A DNA stretch of 64,000 bases from an uncultured Gammaproteobacteria bacterium (GCA_964414145.1 CAYPVH010000007.1:28640-92639); one strand, 5' to 3'; shown: positions 18,846 through 27,925, numbered from the stretch's first letter. The notes: a model not told the origin generated them from the letters alone. Program-made: numbers and translations.

Positions 18846-19859
18846 TTATGTACTATATTGCTTTTTATAGTAATCTTGATATTCTTTTGATTTAATTTTT
18901 TTCCACCAATTTTGGTTTTGTTGGTACCACTGAATGGTTTTGAAAAGAGCCGATTGAAAGGAGTGTTCTGGTTTCCAGCCAAGTTCTTGATTGATTGTAC
19001 TCCAGTCAATGGCATATCTTCGGTCGTGACCGGGCCTGTCTTTAACATAGTTTATACTGCTTTCATTTTTTTTCATCAATCTTAAAATTGTTTTAATGAT
19101 AGTAATATTATTAATGTCTTCGGTTTGGCCACCGACTAAATATGTTTTTCCAACCTGCCCCTTTTTTAATATTAAATCTATCGCTCGGCAATGATCTTCT
19201 ACATACAACCAATCTCTTACATACAAACCGTCTCCATAAATTGGCACCGGCTTATTTTCCAGTAAATTAGTTATTGCCAAGGGGATTAACTTTTCTGGAA
19301 ACTGGAATGGGCCAAAGTTATTGGAGCAATTGGAAATAGTTACAGGTAGGTTGAATGTTTCAAAATATGCTCTAACCAGGTGGTCAGATGAAGCCTTTGA
19401 AGCTGAATAAGGGCTTCTGGGGTTATAAGCAGTTTGGTCATTAAATTTTTCCGATGAATCTAAAGGAAGTGCGCCAAAGACTTCGTCGGTAGAAATGTGG
19501 TGAAATCGTTTAATGGCAAATTTTCTGGCAGCTTCAAGTAGTGCATAAGTACCTTCAATATTGGTTTTAATAAAGGGGCTCGGGTCTAAAATTGATCGGT
19601 CCACATGGGTTTCGGCTGCAAAGTGAACAATTGTATCTACTTGTTTAACTACCCTTTTAACCGCCTCTTGGTTACATATATCATCTTTGATAAAGGTATA
19701 ATTCTTATGATTTTCAACCCGGCTTAAATTTTCCAGATTGCCGGCATAGGTGAGATTATCGAAATTGATTATGCGGTCTTGTGGGTATTTTTTTAGCCAA
19801 TACAAAATAAAATTACTACCAATAAAGCCGGCGCCACCGGTTACTAAAAGTGTGTTCAT
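18846..19859 (-). CDS. rfbB: dTDP-glucose 4,6-dehydratase
   Basis: VTGGAGFIGSNF, NLTYAGNLENL, HFAAETHVDRS and YSASKASSDH motifs. Confidence 0.92.
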   Translation of the reverse strand: MNTLLVTGGAGFIGSNFILYWLKKYPQDRIINFDNLTYAGNLENLSRVENHKNYTFIKDDICNQEAVKRVVKQVDTIVHFAAETHVDRSILDPSPFIKTNIEGTYALLEAARKFAIKRFHHISTDEVFGALPLDSSEKFNDQTAYNPRSPYSASKASSDHLVRAYFETFNLPVTISNCSNNFGPFQFPEKLIPLAITNLLENKPVPIYGDGLYVRDWLYVEDHCRAIDLILKKGQVGKTYLVGGQTEDINNITIIKTILRLMKKNESSINYVKDRPGHDRRYAIDWSTINQELGWKPEHSFQSALFKTIQWYQQNQNWWKKIKSKEYQDYYKKQYST

Positions 19860-19860
19860 A

Positions 19861-20616
19861 TTAAAATTTCAAATATTTTAAGAACTGATTTAAATTTTTA
19901 GATTCCTTTTTGGCCCAATATAGGTTGGCTGTTACCAATGTGTCAAAGGTGCCAGCGTCTAGCCAGTAGCCATCAAGTTCAGACCAGCTTAACTTTCCAG
20001 AATTAATATAAAAGTTATTAATATCGGTGATTTCCATCTCACCTCGCTCTGACGGTTTTGATTGTTCAATATAGTTGAATACTTTATTGTCATAAATATA
20101 CAAACCGGTAACAGCAAAGTCTGATGGCGGGGTTTTGGGTTTTTCTATTATTTCTAAAATTTTATTGTTGTCATTGTTAAACCGTGGAACTCCGAATCTT
20201 TCCGGATCGGGGACTTTTTTTAAAAAAACCATTGCTCCGTCTTTGAACTTGTTAACGGCTTGGGAAATGTCGGCGTCTGTTGTGTTATCACCAAGAATTA
20301 CGGTGATTGAACCATTATCGGCAAAGTCTTTGGCTAGGCTAACGGCGTCGGCAATACCCCCTTTTGGGTTTTCTTGATAAGCATATTCAAGATGAGTTAT
20401 TCCAAGCTCTTTACCATTTTTTAAAACATTAATAAAATGACCGCTATGCGGGCCCGAAGTAATTACTAATATTTCGGTAATCCCGGCGTTTACTAGTGTA
20501 GCAATTGGATAGTAGATCATTGGTTTACCATAGATAGGCAATAAATGCTTATTAGTTGCATGTGTTAATGGGTATAGCCTGGTAGCGAGTCCTCCGGCAC
20601 AAATTACACCTTTCAT
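19861..20616 (-). CDS. rfbA: Glucose-1-phosphate thymidylyltransferase-like sugar nucleotidyltransferase (short form)
   Basis: MKGVICAGGLATRLYPLT..NKHLLPIYGKPMIYYP is an RmlA-type N-terminus; 251 aa. Confidence 0.8.
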   Translation of the reverse strand: MKGVICAGGLATRLYPLTHATNKHLLPIYGKPMIYYPIATLVNAGITEILVITSGPHSGHFINVLKNGKELGITHLEYAYQENPKGGIADAVSLAKDFADNGSITVILGDNTTDADISQAVNKFKDGAMVFLKKVPDPERFGVPRFNNDNNKILEIIEKPKTPPSDFAVTGLYIYDNKVFNYIEQSKPSERGEMEITDINNFYINSGKLSWSELDGYWLDAGTFDTLVTANLYWAKKESKNLNQFLKYLKF

Positions 20617-20621
20617 AAATG

Positions 20622-20873
20622 TTAAAGAAAAACTTTTAATGTTAGTAAACCAAATGAGGCAATCAAAATGTATTCTATGATTATCAGATAAGAAATCTTA
20701 CCAATCCTTACCTGATGCAAAATTCCCCAAAGCAGATAATAAAGCACAAACAACAATAATACTTTTTGTCTGGTTTCTTTTGTTTGGATTAAAATAAAAA
20801 GCATGCCACAAAAAAAGGAATATAGTGTTAATAATAAGTATTCGACCTTATGATTTAATAACTCGTTTCTCAT
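20622..20873 (-). CDS. Small membrane protein (3 TM), unknown function
   Basis: ORF with hydrophobic helices, tightly packed between the CAP gene and rmlA. Confidence 0.4.
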   Translation of the reverse strand: MRNELLNHKVEYLLLTLYSFFCGMLFILIQTKETRQKVLLLFVLYYLLWGILHQVRIGKISYLIIIEYILIASFGLLTLKVFL

Positions 20874-21844
20874 AATATTACTCCCGGATTTGTGGCAATT
20901 ATACTTAATATTAAAAGCAGTGTAAACATAAGTTGGGCAATGTGCTTACCCGATAGCTTAAAAACTTTATTTTTTTTAGTAATATAAAAGTCCAGAGCCA
21001 AAACGATTGATAATCCAAGCAAAGCCGAAACCACTATGTATTTTTGTAATCCGGAAATATCAATTAGAGCAGTTTTTTTGATAATATCTGACCCGGCTTT
21101 ATAAAATGATGATGGTGGCGGTTGATTCTTTGAAATTGTTTTAACTATTTGAACACTGGGGGTGGGTGTAAGTGTTGGTGTTGTTTGTTCTGTTACTTCC
21201 GTTTGAATATCTTCTGGAGTAGTAGTATTTAAGGGAGTGGTTGAGGCAAGGGTTGTTGCCTCTTGTGTACCAAATAATTGAACTATTAAAATTGTATTTT
21301 CACCCTGTAGGGTTCCTTCCATCACAGCAAATCCAATTTCTTGGTATTCGGGTTTTAGAATATTTTCTCTGTGTGTGGGAGAGTTCATCCAAGCCTGTAC
21401 AACATCTTTTGTACTAGTGAAATCTTTTGCCAAATTTTCGCCGGCATAAATATAGGGGTAGTTATTTTTTTGAAAAAAGAACCAGGGCGAAGTACCGTCG
21501 GGGGCAAAGTGTGACCAATAATCATTGGCAAAAATATGAGCTGCTTTGTCGGCGGCTGCGTTAACTAGGTTCGGGTTTAATTGAAGTGGTTCCAAACCGT
21601 GCTGTGCTCTTTCAGCGTTTGTATAATTTAACAGTACTTCGACAGAAATATCAATGTTTTCACCAAGTATGTTGGTTGGGTAATTGGTAACCGCAAAGCG
21701 TAAACCGATATTCAGTACCAGTAAAACCAAAATAAGTGAAGTTAAAAAGTCATGTTGAATATATTTAGCACGCCATTGATTATTTTCGTGAGGAATAAAT
21801 AAGTATCTAAAAACTGCCTTTATTTTGTTTATAAGCTTTTTCAT
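20870..21844 (-). CDS. CAP/SCP (PR-1-like, YkwD-type) domain protein, membrane-anchored at both ends, with a Thr/Pro-rich linker
   Basis: NAERAQHGL..L..N..L..AA..KA, YWSHF and WMNSPTHRENIL are the CAP signature. TTPLNTTTPEDIQTEVTEQTTPTLTPTPS linker. Confidence 0.8.
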   Translation of the reverse strand: MKKLINKIKAVFRYLFIPHENNQWRAKYIQHDFLTSLILVLLVLNIGLRFAVTNYPTNILGENIDISVEVLLNYTNAERAQHGLEPLQLNPNLVNAAADKAAHIFANDYWSHFAPDGTSPWFFFQKNNYPYIYAGENLAKDFTSTKDVVQAWMNSPTHRENILKPEYQEIGFAVMEGTLQGENTILIVQLFGTQEATTLASTTPLNTTTPEDIQTEVTEQTTPTLTPTPSVQIVKTISKNQPPPSSFYKAGSDIIKKTALIDISGLQKYIVVSALLGLSIVLALDFYITKKNKVFKLSGKHIAQLMFTLLLILSIIATNPGVIL

Positions 21845-21892
21845 AGAAAATTAATTTTGGCAATGCGTCTTAATTGGATTATAGCAATAAGT

Positions 21893-22303
21893 TTATTTTT
21901 TAAATAATAGCTTTTGCAGTTTGGGATTGGCCTTAATAAACCACCAGGTTAATAGCGCGCCCAGCCCATCAACAAGCGCGTCTCTAAACTTTCCTTCTCT
22001 ACCACTGACAAATCCCTGATGCAGCTCGTCGCTAAAGCCGTAGATAAAGGTTAGTAAAAAAGCCAGAATGTATTGGTTATTAATCTTGATTAAATGAAAA
22101 AACCGTAACCAAAGTAGGAATAGTATGCCATATTCAATTAGGTGGAGTGTTTTGAACATGGCAAAGCTTTTAACATAATCATCAGTAACAGCGATTTTTT
22201 GTACACTAGACATTATAAAAATAAGTCCCATCCACAATACCAGCGGTAAAAGCGAAGTAAAAAAAATTTTAGTTGAAAAGATAAGTTTTATTTTTTGTTT
22301 CAT
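21893..22303 (-). CDS. VanZ-like family membrane protein
   Basis: 4 TM helices plus the FSDELHQGFVSGREGKFRDALVDGLG motif. Confidence 0.75.
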   Translation of the reverse strand: MKQKIKLIFSTKIFFTSLLPLVLWMGLIFIMSSVQKIAVTDDYVKSFAMFKTLHLIEYGILFLLWLRFFHLIKINNQYILAFLLTFIYGFSDELHQGFVSGREGKFRDALVDGLGALLTWWFIKANPKLQKLLFKK

Positions 22304-23573
22304 TGTAAAGCAAAACTAATAAATAAGCGGTAAACAAAATCGATGAAACAAGACTGGTTAAAAATAAATTCTGGGTAACTTGAACAATTTTTAATAAATT
22401 ATTTTTATTTTTACTAGACTGAATTGGTCCAGTATTATTTTTCATAGCCCGGTTTTTGATCGGATAATAGTTTAGTGTTATAAGAATATTATTTGAACCA
22501 GACGGAAAAGGAATATCGGTATTTGATAGATGCTCTGTACTTATACCCATAATGTTATTGCTGCTACTACCCCCATCTGTCGACGTGGTGGCTGAAATAT
22601 TTTCGGAGTCACTTGGGCAAGCCAAGTTGGGATTATTTTTTGTATGTTCGGTTTGGCACCACCAGATACTTTTGGCTGAAACATCTTGGCGGCTATAGCT
22701 TAAACCCTTAGTTGTTACTTGATAGGAGAAGGAATCTACTTCTAAGCTTTGAGAGTTTAGTAGCCGTACTTTATCACCACTATTGTTTAATAGGGCAATA
22801 GGTAATTCGATAGCAACATAGCTAAGAGGCCCCAGATTTGCAGTGAAGTTTTGTGGTTTGCCACCCGCGTTTTCAGTGTCGTCTATATACCAATCTTTAA
22901 GTTCTACTGTGAAAGTATTACCGTTGTATATTTCTACCCATTCTTTGCCCTCATTTGGGTTAGCATGTACTTCGGATAAGAATATATTATTAAAGTTTGT
23001 GGGTATATCTTCGGCTAGTGGTTCTGTAGGGGTGGGAATTATATCGGCAAGGGTTGGTGAAATTAACACGATTGTAGGGCTAGGGGTTGTGAATAAGCAG
23101 CTGCTATTTTCAAAATTATTAAAGCCCAGAGTGGTTAAGCCGACAATCCAGTTTAGTGATCCATCTGTTTCTCGTTGAAAAGACAGGTTTTCTCCCGGGC
23201 TTTTTTCATAGTTGAAGCTGTCGATGAGTATGGCTTCAGTTGAGGTTGGTGGGGCATTATTATTAAATAATCTTGCTACATCGGGGCTGGTTTTATTGAA
23301 GTAAAAATTACTTTCAAAGACTAAACAGCTATTGCCCTGCAATAAAGTTTCGCTTGGTATGGTGAAAAAGGTACTACCGCCACTGTCATCAATAAACCAG
23401 TTGGAAATATCAACTGCGCTTTCAGAATTGTTCCAGATTTCTATCTTTTGACTGGGTTCAATTTGTACTTCGTTGATGAATATTTCTTGATTAGCATAGG
23501 TGGAAGTGGGGATTATTATATTGATTATGAAAACAACTAATAAAGTCGTTAATAATTTAGTTTGTGTAGACAT
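22269..23573 (-). CDS. Secreted protein with two lamin-tail (LTD) domains and a C-terminal TM anchor
   Basis: IFINEVQIEP..IEIWNN..VDISNWFIDD and IFLSEVHANPNEGKEWVEIYNG..VELKDWYIDD; signal peptide; TP-rich spacer. Confidence 0.75.
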   Translation of the reverse strand: MSTQTKLLTTLLVVFIINIIIPTSTYANQEIFINEVQIEPSQKIEIWNNSESAVDISNWFIDDSGGSTFFTIPSETLLQGNSCLVFESNFYFNKTSPDVARLFNNNAPPTSTEAILIDSFNYEKSPGENLSFQRETDGSLNWIVGLTTLGFNNFENSSCLFTTPSPTIVLISPTLADIIPTPTEPLAEDIPTNFNNIFLSEVHANPNEGKEWVEIYNGNTFTVELKDWYIDDTENAGGKPQNFTANLGPLSYVAIELPIALLNNSGDKVRLLNSQSLEVDSFSYQVTTKGLSYSRQDVSAKSIWWCQTEHTKNNPNLACPSDSENISATTSTDGGSSSNNIMGISTEHLSNTDIPFPSGSNNILITLNYYPIKNRAMKNNTGPIQSSKNKNNLLKIVQVTQNLFLTSLVSSILFTAYLLVLLYNETKNKTYLFN

Positions 23574-24765
23574 GTAAGTAATAGGTTGTAATATTGCTGT
23601 CTTTATGCTTAACCATTACATAGGGTAAGGCACATCCGCCGCCACCTGTGTAAGCGCCAGAATATAATGTTCCGTCGGCAACCGAGACAACATCATATCC
23701 AGATCCTTGAATATCAATTCCGTTATGGAAAGAATATATGGATCTGACCCAAGTATTTCTAACTGCCCATGTTTCACCGTATCCTTGAGTTAGTATTATT
23801 TTTGGATTAAGTGGCCAGTCCCAACTTCCGCTTGGATTAAAAGCATCGCCGTCCCAACTTCCGCACGAGGAGCCGGAACAGTTCTCTGAATCAACAGATT
23901 TTAAATAGCTAAATGGATTTGCTTCGCCGCTTCCCTCTTTGACTATAAAGTGCAGATGTGGCCCGCCCGAATTACATGAAGCGGTTGGAATAACTGAAGC
24001 GATCTTATTACCTTTAACAACTTCCCTAACCTCTGTTTCTGTTCCACCACCTGAAACAATAGCTCTTATAGCTTCAAATTCTGCTCTGGTTTGTGCCAAA
24101 ATTTGTTGATATTTTTTTTCGTCATTTTTGGTAACTTCAAGCAAGTGCTCTTTTGCCTGTTGTTGTGAGGCTAAAGAAAGTTTATATGTTTCTAGTCTGG
24201 CCGATAGTTCGGTTAATTCTTGTTCTTTTTCTTCTCTTAAGCCCCTTTGTTCTTTAAAAGTTACCTTGGTGTTTTGCAGTTTTAGTAATAATTCCCTATC
24301 GTTTTTTTGAGATTTTTGCAGATATTGAATAGACCGAAGAAAACTAGATAGGTTATTGGCAGATATAAAAGTATAAACATTACTAACTCGTTGTTTGCGG
24401 TACATTTGGTTTATTTTTTCGGCTACAGCACTCGAAACTTTATTGGTTGTTTTATCTAGTTCCGTAATTCGCGAACCCAGTTCTTTAATTTCTTTTTTTA
24501 AAACCTCTGTTTGTTGTTTATTTTGATTTATCTGAAGTTCTGTTAAATTAATCTGAGTGTCCATAAACTGGATTTGGCTGGCTAAAGTATTTTTTTCCTC
24601 ATTCAAGGATTGTAATTTAGATCCACAAGCTTCAATTACTTTTTGTAGTTCTTGTGGGTCATTACTATCTATAGATTTACATTCCTGACCAATTGCTGGG
24701 CTTGAGTAAAATAAAAATGAAGTAGCAAGAAAGAAGGCAATAAGAACAAAGAAAAATTTCTTCAT
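23557..24765 (-). CDS. Coiled-coil M23/LytM metallopeptidase (EnvC-like), catalytic-domain halves in swapped order
   Basis: Signal/TM segment, then a coiled coil of about 200 aa. Next comes GNKIASV..SGGPHLHFIVKEG..NPFSYL, followed by LTQGYGE..FHNGIDIQGSG..VSVADGTLY..YVMVKHKD..TTYYLHV. Start taken at ATG 24765 (TACAAT plus 6 nt); the track start is 24846. Confidence 0.8.
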   Translation of the reverse strand: MKKFFFVLIAFFLATSFLFYSSPAIGQECKSIDSNDPQELQKVIEACGSKLQSLNEEKNTLASQIQFMDTQINLTELQINQNKQQTEVLKKEIKELGSRITELDKTTNKVSSAVAEKINQMYRKQRVSNVYTFISANNLSSFLRSIQYLQKSQKNDRELLLKLQNTKVTFKEQRGLREEKEQELTELSARLETYKLSLASQQQAKEHLLEVTKNDEKKYQQILAQTRAEFEAIRAIVSGGGTETEVREVVKGNKIASVIPTASCNSGGPHLHFIVKEGSGEANPFSYLKSVDSENCSGSSCGSWDGDAFNPSGSWDWPLNPKIILTQGYGETWAVRNTWVRSIYSFHNGIDIQGSGYDVVSVADGTLYSGAYTGGGGCALPYVMVKHKDSNITTYYLHVYTN

Positions 24766-24771
24766 ATGCCT

Positions 24772-24777
24772 ATTGTA
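24772..24777 (-). promoter_or_regulatory. -10-like hexamer TACAAT, 6 nt upstream of ATG 24765 (inside the 3' end of ftsX)
   Basis: The minus strand reads TACAAT-aggcat-ATG. Confidence 0.35.
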
Positions 24778-24820
24778 TACTACTTGCCCGTTTCTTTTCA
24801 AAGTGTGCTGGAGGGTAAAC

Positions 24821-25717
24821 TTACTTAATGTATTTGGAAGCAGCAAGCGAGGTGGTTAGCCAAATTAAAACATAGCCAATAACAAATGTAATTAAGCTTA
24901 AAACCATAAAGAAGTAGGCGTTTGGCGGCCATAGGTTAATGCTGAAAGTGGAATATTGAAATAAATTAAGCGACGGAATTCCGGTTAAGAAAAATTGAAG
25001 GCGGGGAATAAAAATAAGAAAGGTACCAACAAATATTGCGGAACTCGTTAAAACAGCCAGTAGATTAATCAATAAATTCTGTTTTAAAAATGGTCTGGTA
25101 ATAAAATAACGACTAGCGCCCAGTAATCGCATTATTTCGATTTCTTCTTTTTTAGCAACGATTTTATAGGTAATTGTAGTAAAAATAATAAAGAAAACAA
25201 TTAAAAATTGGGCCGATAAGAACACAATTGCAGCCAAGCGGATACTATTGGTGACGTTGATTAAGCTGTCAATGATGTCTTTTTGGAATGCGACTTCTTC
25301 AACTCCGGGTTCTTTTTCGGCAATCTTGGCAATGTCGGTTAAGTATTCCGGTTTTAAAGTATAGGCCTCAAGTGATGGAGGCAAAGACTCTTTGTTAACC
25401 ATTTCCAGCAAAAGTGGTTCGTCTTTATTTAAATTTTTGTAAATTGTTAAAGCTTTGTCTTGGGATATATAGTCAACCTTTTTTACTTTTTGTGTTTCAA
25501 GTAATTTTTCCCTAAGCTTATAAATATCGGATTCGGGGGTAGTTTTTAAAAAATAAATTGTAACTTGTGGCTGTGACTGAATATGGTCTACAATTTTAGA
25601 TAAGACCATTATTGATGAGGAAAAGAAAAGCAAAATTAAAAAGCTGAACGTAAGCGCAAAAAATATGCCTAGTGTTTGGTAAGGGGATCTTCTTAGTGAT
25701 TTTAATGTAATTCCCAT
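24821..25717 (-). CDS. ftsX: Cell-division ABC permease-like protein FtsX
   Basis: TM1, a large extracellular loop, then 3 TM helices; directly downstream of ftsE. Confidence 0.85.
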   Translation of the reverse strand: MGITLKSLRRSPYQTLGIFFALTFSFLILLFFSSSIMVLSKIVDHIQSQPQVTIYFLKTTPESDIYKLREKLLETQKVKKVDYISQDKALTIYKNLNKDEPLLLEMVNKESLPPSLEAYTLKPEYLTDIAKIAEKEPGVEEVAFQKDIIDSLINVTNSIRLAAIVFLSAQFLIVFFIIFTTITYKIVAKKEEIEIMRLLGASRYFITRPFLKQNLLINLLAVLTSSAIFVGTFLIFIPRLQFFLTGIPSLNLFQYSTFSINLWPPNAYFFMVLSLITFVIGYVLIWLTTSLAASKYIK

Positions 25718-25727
25718 TTTTTATATT

Positions 25728-26411
25728 TTATATTCTGTCTAAATTATATACACCTTCGCGGTTATCTTTTATTAATTTGCCTTCCTTTAAAACAATAACT
25801 CTCTTTTTTAGAGTATTCACAATATCAGTGTTATGTGTGGCAAAAAGTATGGTCGTTTTTTCGGAATGAATTTGGCGGAACAACCGCATAATTTCCCAAC
25901 TGGTAATTGGGTCTAAATTACCGGTTGGTTCGTCGGCAAGAATAATTTCGCGACCACCAACAATAGAACGGGCTATTGCAAGTCGTTGCAGTTCACCAGC
26001 CGACAGTTGAACCGGGAAAAATAAGCTTTTGTTTTCCAGACCAACTTTTTTAAGCGTTTTTAGTGCTTCTTCTTTTGGGTCATTATGTTTTAAGATTTCC
26101 AAAGATATGAGCAGGTTTTCCAAAATATTCTTATCTTGAACGATTTTAAAGTCTTGAAAAATTGTGCCAATTTTTTTTCTTAGGTCTTCTACCTCTTTAA
26201 ATTTTTTACTGCTAATAAGTTGGCTGTCTACAAATATGTTACCGGATTTTGGGATAGATTCCCTAAGTATCATTTTTAGTATTGTAGTTTTTCCGGCTCC
26301 TGAGGGACCAATTAAGAAGACAAAGTCACCTTTTTCAACTTCAAAGTTTATGTCTTCCAACTTAAAGTTACCGGCAAGATAATCTTGGTATACGTGCTCA
26401 AAACGGATCAT
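25728..26411 (-). CDS. ftsE: Cell-division ABC ATPase FtsE
   Basis: GPSGAGKTT Walker A, LSAGELQRLAIARS signature and ILADEPTGNLD Walker B. Confidence 0.9.
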   Translation of the reverse strand: MIRFEHVYQDYLAGNFKLEDINFEVEKGDFVFLIGPSGAGKTTILKMILRESIPKSGNIFVDSQLISSKKFKEVEDLRKKIGTIFQDFKIVQDKNILENLLISLEILKHNDPKEEALKTLKKVGLENKSLFFPVQLSAGELQRLAIARSIVGGREIILADEPTGNLDPITSWEIMRLFRQIHSEKTTILFATHNTDIVNTLKKRVIVLKEGKLIKDNREGVYNLDRI

Positions 26412-26413
26412 AT

Positions 26414-26860
26414 TTATTTTACTTCTATATAACAGGCATCCATTAACCAGCCGGCCTGTTGTGCGGCATAAGTTTTACCCCAAACTTCTACTTTTTTACC
26501 AACTAATTTATCAAGATCTATGGTAGACGATGTTAAATAAACATTTTGCGACTCGCCCCCCTTTCTGGTTAAGTGGTGCGTACCTTCATCTTCCACACCC
26601 CCTTTTCTTAAAACTCCTTCAGCTTGATCGGGACACATTTTATTGTCTTTCTTGCCGTATTTACCGCTAGTCATTTCTTTGTTTGTAGCGTATTCCGGTA
26701 GGTTGGCGGTATCTGAGTTCTTGATTAGTAGGCCCGATATTATGTTTCCCGAAATAATGGCAAGGATTATTACAGCTGAAACAACAACAATAGTAATTGC
26801 CGGTTCTGGAATTAAAACATTATTCTTATTTTCTAGTTTGTGAAAAATCTGTTTGCTCAT
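26414..26860 (-). CDS. Membrane-anchored hypothetical protein
   Basis: ORF with one N-terminal TM helix; 2-nt gap to ftsE. No recognisable domain. Confidence 0.45.
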   Translation of the reverse strand: MSKQIFHKLENKNNVLIPEPAITIVVVSAVIILAIISGNIISGLLIKNSDTANLPEYATNKEMTSGKYGKKDNKMCPDQAEGVLRKGGVEDEGTHHLTRKGGESQNVYLTSSTIDLDKLVGKKVEVWGKTYAAQQAGWLMDACYIEVK

Positions 26861-26906
26861 TTGCTTTTTTTAATTAACTACATAATTAGTAATTCATTAT
26901 ATTTGC

Positions 26907-27920
26907 TTAAGAGAATTTTAGCAAATATGCTTGTATGAATTCGTCCAGTTCGCCGTTTAAAACTGCGTCGGGGTTTTTACTTTCATAATCAGTTCGTAGA
27001 TCTTTTACTAGCTTGTAAGGGTGGAGCACATAAGAACGAATCTGTAATCCCCAACTTGCCATTTTACTGGTTTTAAATTCGTCTTGCTGTTTTTTGTTGC
27101 TTTCTTCTTCCAGTTGCCATAATTTACTTCGGAGTAGTTGTAGCGCGATTTGTCTGTTTTGTTGCTGACGCCTTTCTTGCTGGCTGGTTATTATAATTCC
27201 AGATGGCTTGTGTGTTAATCGAACGGCAGTTGACACTTTATTTACATTTTGCCCACCATGGCCGCCACTTCTGTAGAATTGCCATTCTAAATCATCTTCT
27301 TTTATTTCGATTTCTTTATCTTCAATAACAGGAGCAACTTCAACTAAGGCAAACGATGTTTGCCGAAGTGCGTTAGCGTTGAACGGAGACTGCCTAACTA
27401 ATCGATGCACCCCGGCTTCGGATTTAAGATTGCCATAAGCATAAGAGCCGCTGACATTCATAATAACGGTTTTAATTCCGGCTTCTTCACCGGCAATATG
27501 ATCAATCATTTCTGTTTTATACCCCTTCTTTTCAAAAAAGCGGTTGTACATTCTCAATAGCATAGAAACCCAATCCATAGCTTCTGTACCGCCTTGCCCA
27601 GCGTGGATTGAAAAAATTACATTACGCTTGTCGTATTTTCCGGAAAATAAGAGTAGTTTTTCGTATTGGCGAACCAACTTTTCCAGTTCTTTATTGTCGC
27701 CTTCTTGGTGAAGAAGTTCCATAATTTCAAAATCCTCGATTTCTTTAGTAATGTCGCTAAGCTCTTTTAAGATTTGAGCTGCTTTTTTTGGGTCTGTCCA
27801 AAGATTTGGGTCTTTAGTTTGTTCTTCAAGTTTTTTTGCTGCCTTTTTCTTTTCCGTTAAGTTTATTTTTTCTTTTATTTCACTATATTTCTCTTCAAGA
27901 TCAAAATTATTCTGTAACAT
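26907..27920 (-). CDS. prfB: Peptide chain release factor 2 (no programmed frameshift)
   Basis: SPF tripeptide (RQSPFNA) and GGQ motif ([12 protein letters not shown]). The ORF begins at the position equivalent to just after the E. coli frameshift site. Confidence 0.92.
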   Translation of the reverse strand: MLQNNFDLEEKYSEIKEKINLTEKKKAAKKLEEQTKDPNLWTDPKKAAQILKELSDITKEIEDFEIMELLHQEGDNKELEKLVRQYEKLLLFSGKYDKRNVIFSIHAGQGGTEAMDWVSMLLRMYNRFFEKKGYKTEMIDHIAGEEAGIKTVIMNVSGSYAYGNLKSEAGVHRLVRQSPFNANALRQTSFALVEVAPVIEDKEIEIKEDDLEWQFYRSGGHGGQNVNKVSTAVRLTHKPSGIIITSQQERRQQQNRQIALQLLRSKLWQLEEESNKKQQDEFKTSKMASWGLQIRSYVLHPYKLVKDLRTDYESKNPDAVLNGELDEFIQAYLLKFS

Positions 27921-27925
27921 GTTTT

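Noticed and set aside
26907-27925. Programmed +1 frameshift site in prfB
   Set aside because: The RF2 ORF starts at its own ATG only 5 nt after the stop of the upstream gene. No short upstream ORF or CUU-UGA-type site exists. The gene simply lacks the N-terminal ~25 codons and the frameshift.
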